From Frisingicoccus sp. (lineage in GTDB: Bacteria; Bacillota; Clostridia; Lachnospirales; Lachnospiraceae): a DNA stretch of 49,764 bases. Position numbers and translations under genes: made by a program. Positions 44,794 to 49,764 of the stretch are shown here, in pieces. The stretch is from assembly GCA_036310765.1 (NCBI GenBank), contig JAXJRF010000203.1, forward strand, positions 1 to 49,764, read 5' to 3'. The notes beneath the pieces were generated by a model. That model ran no database searches and was not told the DNA's origin. It saw only the letters and a program-made list of their open reading frames with translations. How positions within the stretch are numbered: the first letter of the stretch is position 1; every line of letters starts with the position of its first letter.

Positions 44794-44836
44794 TGTTTCA
44801 CCCTCTTTCGTTTTTCTCTTCTATATCCTATCAGAC

Positions 44837-44870
44837 AAAAACAGAGCCGTCAATTTAAAACGACTCTGTT
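44837..44870 (-). terminator. Intra-operon hairpin after the BMP gene
   Basis: AACAGAGTCGT...ACGGCTCTGTT followed by TTT. Confidence 0.65.
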
Positions 44871-44900
44871 ATATTCTTATACTTTTATTTTATTGACCTA

Positions 44901-46076
44901 TTATTCAACGACTGTACATCCGTCAACGATATAGCACCAGGATGGAGCGGATGCTTCTTCCTGTTCGTGATAGTATTCACCATCTGCTACTTCATAAGTT
45001 TCGCCTTCAGGACTTGTACCTGTCAGAGGACCTTCAAATACATGTAATTCGCCGGAAATGAGTTTCGCTTTTGCTTCATCAATAGCTTCCTGTGTTCCTT
45101 CTGCTGCGATATCTGTATTCAGAGGGGACAGATAAACGGCTTCATCAGCAAGACCTTTACACCAGTCAACCGGAATCTCTTCTCCATTGATCACAGCCTG
45201 TACAGCTTCTGTTACATAAATACCCCAGTCAATACGTGCGGAGATCAAAGATGCCTTTGGAGCTGCTTCGATCATATCGTTGTTATAGCCAACCTGCCAT
45301 ACACCATTTTCTTCTGCTGTTGTTGCAGGAGCTGTGGAGTCGGAGTGCTGGGAAACAACGTCGCATCCACGTTCGATGAGTGCTTTTGCAACCTGGGATT
45401 CTACAGTTGGATCATTCCAAGAATTTGTATACATAATATCCATTGTTACGTCTGGATTTACGCTCTTAGCACCAAGGTAGAAAGCTGTATATCCACTGAT
45501 AACTTCAGCAAATGGGAATGCTGCAACATATCCAAGTTTATTGGTTTCAGTCTTTAATCCTGCTGCGATACCTGCAAGGTAACGTGCTTCATAGATTGAT
45601 GCAAAATAATTATGCATATTGCTAAGACCGGAATCTTTTGCCTGGTAACCTGTTGCATGACAGAACTGAACATCCGGATATTCTGCTGCAACTTCTTTTA
45701 CATAATCTTCAAATCCAAAGCTTGTTGCAAAGATAATGTTGCATCCTGCTTCAACTAATTCTCTTAAAGCAGTATCACATTCTGCACCTTCAGGTACATT
45801 GTACTTGTTAACGATCTGATCATCACTCAAACCAAGAGCTGCCTGCATCTCTTTTGTTCCAAGATCATGATTGTAAGTATAACCCATATCACTCGGATCA
45901 GATACATGAACAAATCCAACTTTGATATTCTCTGCTGTAATACCCTCTGCTGCAGTTGATGTTGTCTCCTGTGTGGATGAGCCTGAAGAGCTGCTTGCTG
46001 CCGGAGCACCACATCCAGCCAGAAGACCTACTGTCATTGATGCACAAACAAGTGCTGCCAGTAATTTCTTTTTCAT
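44901..46076 (-). CDS. BMP-family ABC substrate-binding lipoprotein (purine/nucleoside)
   Basis: Lipobox LAGC, D.GYTYNH, FATSFGF, YLAGIAAG, W.DP. Confidence 0.92.
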   Translation of the reverse strand: MKKKLLAALVCASMTVGLLAGCGAPAASSSSGSSTQETTSTAAEGITAENIKVGFVHVSDPSDMGYTYNHDLGTKEMQAALGLSDDQIVNKYNVPEGAECDTALRELVEAGCNIIFATSFGFEDYVKEVAAEYPDVQFCHATGYQAKDSGLSNMHNYFASIYEARYLAGIAAGLKTETNKLGYVAAFPFAEVISGYTAFYLGAKSVNPDVTMDIMYTNSWNDPTVESQVAKALIERGCDVVSQHSDSTAPATTAEENGVWQVGYNNDMIEAAPKASLISARIDWGIYVTEAVQAVINGEEIPVDWCKGLADEAVYLSPLNTDIAAEGTQEAIDEAKAKLISGELHVFEGPLTGTSPEGETYEVADGEYYHEQEEASAPSWCYIVDGCTVVE

Positions 46077-46150
46077 AGTTTACCTCCCTAGTTAAAAAGA
46101 GCTACCTTATCGTACTTTCGATATCAGATAGCTATGCCGTTTACATAGTA

Positions 46151-46179
46151 ATATTATCCTTTTCGACAAAATAAGTCAA
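46151..46179 (-). promoter_or_regulatory. Sigma-A promoter of the BMP-ABC operon
   Basis: TTGACT-N17-TAATAT. Confidence 0.55.
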
Positions 46180-46269
46180 GACTTCTGTTTTTATTCGGTT
46201 TAAATTCAAATATTCAGTTTCTTACCATACATATTTGTCTCAATTTCCATTTTTAATTTAAAAGGGTAC

Positions 46270-46302
46270 AAAAAAACCGTCATCCTCGAAACTGACGGTT
46301 TT
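46270..46302 (-). terminator. Intrinsic terminator at the left edge of the accessory island
   Basis: AAAACCGTCA...TGACGGTTTT stem followed by a T tract on the minus strand. Confidence 0.8.
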
Positions 46303-46323
46303 ACATCAAATATGTTTAGTAAC

Positions 46324-46440
46324 AAAAAGGAGTTATCTGGCAGGCGTACCAACCTCCTGCGTCTCTCGGGTTTCCCCTGTCAAGCCATCGGCGTGTGGAC
46401 GGGTACGAAATCCTCCACCTCAGATAACCCCCTTCTATTC
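46324..46440 (-). ncRNA. Structured ~115-nt RNA: multi-stem junction with kissing-loop pseudoknot (skipping-rope/Drum-like orphan motif)
   Basis: 16-bp closing stem (46421-46436 with 46324-46339), GUGGA/UCCAC, GCC/GGC, GGG-GAAA-CCC, GCAGG/CCUGC; loops CGUACC and GGUACG are complementary; own promoter upstream. Confidence 0.8.
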
Positions 46441-46447
46441 TATGATT

Positions 46448-46476
46448 ATCATATCATTTTTATCCTCTTTTGTAAA
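46448..46476 (-). promoter_or_regulatory. Promoter for the ncRNA, overlapping the nuclease gene 3' end
   Basis: TTTACA-N17-TATGAT with an extended -10 TG. Confidence 0.6.
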
Positions 46477-46820
46477 GAATCCTCTTATTTCTGATCAATC
46501 GGCTCCATTCCTTTTCGTTAATTCTCATGAAAGTAATAACCGAATTCTTAAATTCCAGATTATCCTTGGATGTCTTCAATCTAAGCACTGTCTTCTATAA
46601 ATTCTTTCAAAATAAGAGCAGTATTTATCTTTTTGCTCTCTATGATATAATCCGGATTTTCAACTACAGCTCTTAAATGTTGACAATAAAGTTCAAAATC
46701 ATTTGGATGACGTTCTTTGATATGCTGAATTCTCTCATCCGTTATGATAACCTCATCTGTAACAATATCATCTGTTATGCACTTGTAAATGCTTTTATTG
46801 ATTTTATCTACCTTATACAC
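46460..46820 (-). pseudogene. Frameshifted PBECR2-like (BECR/RelE-fold) putative endoribonuclease
   Basis: 5' frame: (GTG)YKVDKINKSIYKCITDDIVTDEVIITDERIQHIKERHP...NPDYIIES...NTALILKEFIED. After a frameshift near 46588 it continues VLRLKTSKDNLEFKNSVITFMRINEKEWSRLIRNKRILYKRG* (stop 46460-46462). Family recognised from memory. Confidence 0.7.
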
Positions 46821-46956
46821 ATCTACCTTTCCCTTGTCATCCGTTTTCTTCATTATATCAGAATTAACTTCTTTTTCAATATCAACAAATAGTCACAAAA
46901 GGAAAAGTTTAAACCCCTTAGATTTATTCATAATATGAAGTTACTTGAATTGCATT

Positions 46957-47571
46957 TTAAGTATTCTTCGTATGTTTCAAAACCAATACCCCTTTTATAA
47001 TCAACAGCATAAATGCTACTGTAATCGCATAGGCTTCCCTCGTCATCCCCAAAAGCAATACAGTAAAAATACTCAGTCCCATGGAAAAACCTGTCACGAT
47101 AGTCTGCCCCTTTTCAATTTTAAATTGTGTCAGCATAATTTTTGTAATGCCAACACCAATCAAGGTCAGGAACAGCATCCAATACAGGATTCGGCTAAAA
47201 GATGACGCTTCCGTATAGTTTAATAGATTTACCGAATAAATATAACCATCCATAGGATTTGGATACAGCGGAAGTACAATCAGCATAAAAGAACACACAT
47301 CCACAATTCCAAACAGCAGGCTGCACATCCTTTGAATATTCGATTTATTTTCTTTTTCTGCAATAGAAATCAGTTTTTCTCCAGACAGCAGCTCATCAAT
47401 CGTCACCGAAAAAAATTTTGATATTTCTTTTAACGAGTCAATGCTTGGATAACCTCTTCCAGACTCCCATTTTGAGATGGCAGTTCTGGACACAAAGAGA
47501 GCTTCTGCCAGTTCTTCCTGAGTCAGGCCCCTACTTTTTCTCAGTTCCTGAAGTTTCTCATTAAATTCCAA
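46957..47571 (-). CDS. BcrR-like membrane-anchored XRE-family one-component regulator
   Basis: 204 aa; XRE HTH (MEFNEKLQ..LTQEELAE.LFVSRTAISKWESG.GYP) plus ~4 TM segments; closely resembles recalled Enterococcus BcrR (LPLY..., YIYSVNLL, RE.Y). Confidence 0.8.
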   Translation of the reverse strand: MEFNEKLQELRKSRGLTQEELAEALFVSRTAISKWESGRGYPSIDSLKEISKFFSVTIDELLSGEKLISIAEKENKSNIQRMCSLLFGIVDVCSFMLIVLPLYPNPMDGYIYSVNLLNYTEASSFSRILYWMLFLTLIGVGITKIMLTQFKIEKGQTIVTGFSMGLSIFTVLLLGMTREAYAITVAFMLLIIKGVLVLKHTKNT

Positions 47572-47586
47572 GTCAGCACCTCCGCA

Positions 47587-48249
47587 TCATTTTTCTTTTT
47601 TGTGACACAACAAAACAGCCCCTTGATAAATCTGGAACAAACCTGCACACAAAAGCAAAGCACCGATAATATCTGTAAACCAATGGACGCCGCAGATCAA
47701 TCTGCCAAATACCATAAATGCCGAAAAACTAACCACAAATATTTGAAGAATGCGTTTCATCATACCGTTTTTCAGTCTGCGATTCACCAGCTCTATAAGT
47801 GTAGGCATAACGCCCATCACAAGAAGTGTTGTCGAAGACGGGTAGGACGCTTCCAATACGCCGTTAATGAGGATAGGCCTGTAATTAATGGGAACCATCT
47901 CAAAAAATACATAGCAGAAAATGACCGCCATATAATATACTCCCAGAATAAGGATATCTGCGTCCACCTTAAATAAACTTCTTCTTGTAACGAGCTGCAC
48001 AAATCCAACACAGGCAAAAAACATACAGACCAACAGAGGTACAAGCCCCATCCAGTCGGTTATGGTATACAAGCACATGTTCACCCCCGTTAACTTATGA
48101 AACCAGCAGTTAAAAGCAGCAAATCCAATATCCGTTCCGTTTTGCCCAACCGCCTGCACATCAACGATCTGAATCAAGGCTGTCCAAATCAAAAACATGA
48201 TGATCAACATCGTACCAGTCATCCATTTTTTCTTTTCGTTTGTTTTCAT
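47587..48249 (-). CDS. PAP2-family membrane phosphatase (undecaprenyl-PP phosphatase-like)
   Basis: RP (C1), SYPSSTT (variant C2), GRLICGVHWFTDI (C3); multiple TM segments. Confidence 0.85.
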   Translation of the reverse strand: MKTNEKKKWMTGTMLIIMFLIWTALIQIVDVQAVGQNGTDIGFAAFNCWFHKLTGVNMCLYTITDWMGLVPLLVCMFFACVGFVQLVTRRSLFKVDADILILGVYYMAVIFCYVFFEMVPINYRPILINGVLEASYPSSTTLLVMGVMPTLIELVNRRLKNGMMKRILQIFVVSFSAFMVFGRLICGVHWFTDIIGALLLCAGLFQIYQGAVLLCHKKEK

Positions 48250-48253
48250 ATTC

Positions 48254-48377
48254 TTCTATGTCCTTTCTCTTTTCGTCTTGCCTTTTGACTGACTTCAGAG
48301 TATCAAAGGACATAGAAACATAAAAGAATCCTACCGTCACAGCCATGATACGTTTCGTGTCATCCGCGTAAATGCGG
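48254..48377 (-). promoter_or_regulatory. PAP2 leader: BcrR-type inverted repeat and RBS-sequestering stem
   Basis: GACA-N7-TATC (48361-48347), CCGC-N6-GCGG (48364-48377), 13-bp perfect TTCTATGTCCTTT/AAAGGACATAGAA pair covering the SD. Confidence 0.6.
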
Positions 48378-48590
48378 TGTTTTTATCGATGTCTTTTATT
48401 ATTTTCTTAAGCTTATCATATTTTCACCCGTTTTTAATGTAATTTCTGTCAAAATTTGAAATAAATCATCCAAGGTCGAAAAGTATCGAAAGTTTACCAT
48501 CGCCAACCAAACGAGTAAAATAAAATTAGGATAGAAACCAAATCTAAAGGAAAACAGGCCCCCTAAATACGTGAAAGGAGACATTTTATT

Positions 48591-49481
48591 TTGGAAACAC
48601 AAATCGTTTATTGTGACGAAACCGGTGATGATGGTTTAAATACCTCTTCCAGTCGTGATTTTATACTCACGACAGTTTATATGCCTAGCAGTAAATGGCA
48701 AGCCAATTATGATGCCATAAAAAGTTTTCGAAAACAACTCAAAAAAGAATATGGCTTTCATTTAAGTCAAGAGATGCACACAAAACATTTTCTTGCAGAT
48801 AAGGATCCCTATAGAGATTACAAGTGGAGTAAAGAACAAAAAATCGAAATCCTAAAAAAATTTACTTTAATGATATCATCTTTAGACTTATCGGTTGTCA
48901 ATGTAATCATTGACAAAGAAAAAATTCATTCTAAAGACTATCATGTTCTGGAAAATGCCCTAACCTATAACATTCAAAGAATAGAAAATGATAGTGCAGG
49001 AAATTGGAATTTTATAATCATCACAGATCGCGGACGTATTGCTCCTATGCGTAAAACAGCACGTGCCATACGTGCTTACAATCCCATTCAATCTCAATTT
49101 GGTGGATATATTAATAAACCAATCCGTAACTTAATCGAAGATGTTTTGGATAAAGACTCAAAAGAATCTTACTTTATACAAATTTGCGATTTCATCTCGT
49201 ATTTCGTACATCTTTATTATAAAACTAGATACGAAAAAATGAGCCTTCCAAATCGTGTCGGAAGACTCATTAATGAAGATTTTGTAGGCAGCGTTATGGC
49301 CACTTTTAAATCAAATAATATTTTAAACACAAAAGCCAGTTCAGAAAAATATGGATTAGTAATTTATCCAAAAAACCAAACACAAAAACACCACCTACGA
49401 CACATTCGTGCTTTCAGTGGTTCATTTATATTATCACACATCTGTGGAATACTGTCAAGAAAAAACACTCCATATTACTAG
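48591..49481 (+). CDS. DUF3800 domain protein (predicted RNase H-like nuclease fold)
   Basis: N-terminal YCDETG, EMH, C-terminal SKESYFIQICDFISY; TTG start with AAAGGAG RBS; visibly AT-rich. Confidence 0.8.
   Translation: METQIVYCDETGDDGLNTSSSRDFILTTVYMPSSKWQANYDAIKSFRKQLKKEYGFHLSQEMHTKHFLADKDPYRDYKWSKEQKIEILKKFTLMISSLDLSVVNVIIDKEKIHSKDYHVLENALTYNIQRIENDSAGNWNFIIITDRGRIAPMRKTARAIRAYNPIQSQFGGYINKPIRNLIEDVLDKDSKESYFIQICDFISYFVHLYYKTRYEKMSLPNRVGRLINEDFVGSVMATFKSNNILNTKASSEKYGLVIYPKNQTQKHHLRHIRAFSGSFILSHICGILSRKNTPYY
49383..49425 (-). ncRNA. Candidate small RNA convergent on the DUF3800 gene (DUF3800-type RNA motif)
   Basis: AACCAC-UGAAA-GCAC-GAAU-GUGU-CGUAG-GUGGU-GUUUUU: two stems, an internal loop and a U tract; promoter TTGACA-N17-GATAAT at 49458-49430. 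Confidence 0.65.
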
Positions 49482-49505
49482 CATCGTATCGGTTCATTGA
49501 TACCA

Positions 49506-49529
49506 TACAACACGAAATGCAACACAAAA
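49506..49529. repeat. Imperfect direct repeat ATACAACACGAA/ATGCAACACAAA near the tRNA 3' end
   Basis: Seen directly; resembles arm-type integrase sites (inference). Confidence 0.4.
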
Positions 49530-49530
49530 C

Positions 49531-49559
49531 AAAAAAGCCCTTGATTTCTCAAGGGTTTT
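49531..49559 (-). terminator. Terminator after tRNA-Leu
   Basis: AAACCCTTGAG-aaa-TCAAGGGCTTT followed by a T tract on the minus strand. Confidence 0.75.
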
Positions 49560-49563
49560 CGTG

Positions 49564-49643
49564 TGCGGATAACAGGAATCGAACCTGCACGGTTGCCCGC
49601 TAGATCCTAAGTCTAGTGCGTCTGCCAGTTCCGCCATATCCGC
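49564..49643 (-). tRNA. tRNA-Leu(TAG)
   Basis: GCGGATA acceptor stem, CTAGA-CTTAGGA-TCTAG anticodon arm, variable arm, GGTTCGATTCC T-loop; CCA not encoded. Confidence 0.96.
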
Positions 49644-49708
49644 TTAAAAGTTAAAAAACTTTCCTATAAAGTTAAAAAAGACCTACATACATACGATGCA
49701 GGTCTTAG

Positions 49709-49764
49709 TGAGGCATCGGGGATTCGAACCCCGGACAACTTGATTAAAAGTCAAGTGCTCTACC
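49709..49764 (-). tRNA. tRNA-Lys(TTT), 5' end beyond the window
   Basis: GGTAGAGCA, CTTGA-CTTTTAA-TCAAG anticodon arm, GGTTCGAATCC T-loop. Confidence 0.93.

Noticed and set aside
46324..46440. 6S RNA, SRP RNA or riboswitch identity for the structured RNA
   Set aside because: Too short and too branched for the 6S rod; no SRP helix-8 motif; a terminator and a separate promoter separate it from the downstream BMP gene, so cis control is unlikely.
46312..46494. 60-aa plus-strand ORF over the RNA
   Set aside because: No RBS or recognisable motif; the sequence is better explained by RNA base pairing on the minus strand.
46821..46853. ATG at 46853 as start of the nuclease gene
   Set aside because: It overlaps a TATAAT -10 element (TTGAAA-N16-TATAAT) and has no SD; GTG at 46820 has GGAAAGGT upstream.
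46200..49563. Intact prophage or ICE with attL/attR
   Set aside because: No integrase, no structural or transfer genes, and no second copy of the tRNA-Leu 3' end seen by eye.
49646..49706. AAAGTTAAAAAA repeat and AGACCT...AGGTCT hairpin between the tRNAs
   Set aside because: Ordinary tRNA spacer, processing or terminator features.

Overview
A 49.8-kb chromosomal window from a low-GC, spore-forming Clostridia bacterium (Lachnospiraceae-like by gene content, inference). About 46 kb is mostly core genome: P-type ATPase (with an in-frame nonsense codon), metA, reverse rubrerythrin-perR, an hfsABCD-type sensory/[FeFe]-hydrogenase operon, a nuclease-fused DinG helicase, hisC, the rho-rpmE-DUF1385-prmC-prfA cluster, gdhA, an Rpn nuclease, malic enzyme, tig-clpP-clpX-lon-engB, SASP, two MATE pumps, and a BMP-type nucleoside ABC operon with a small alarmone synthetase. 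The last ~3.3 kb (46260-49560), downstream of tRNA-Lys/tRNA-Leu, is an accessory island. It holds two predicted nuclease + promoter-driven structured small RNA cassettes: a frameshifted PBECR2-like gene followed by a ~115-nt multi-stem RNA with a 6-bp kissing loop, and a DUF3800 gene with a convergent ~45-nt RNA. Both are candidate RNA-antitoxin or defence systems. They flank a BcrR-like sensor + PAP2 phosphatase module. The Rpn gene also has a strong internal ribosome-binding site that predicts an intragenic antitoxin. All family assignments come from motif recognition by eye; no database searches were run.
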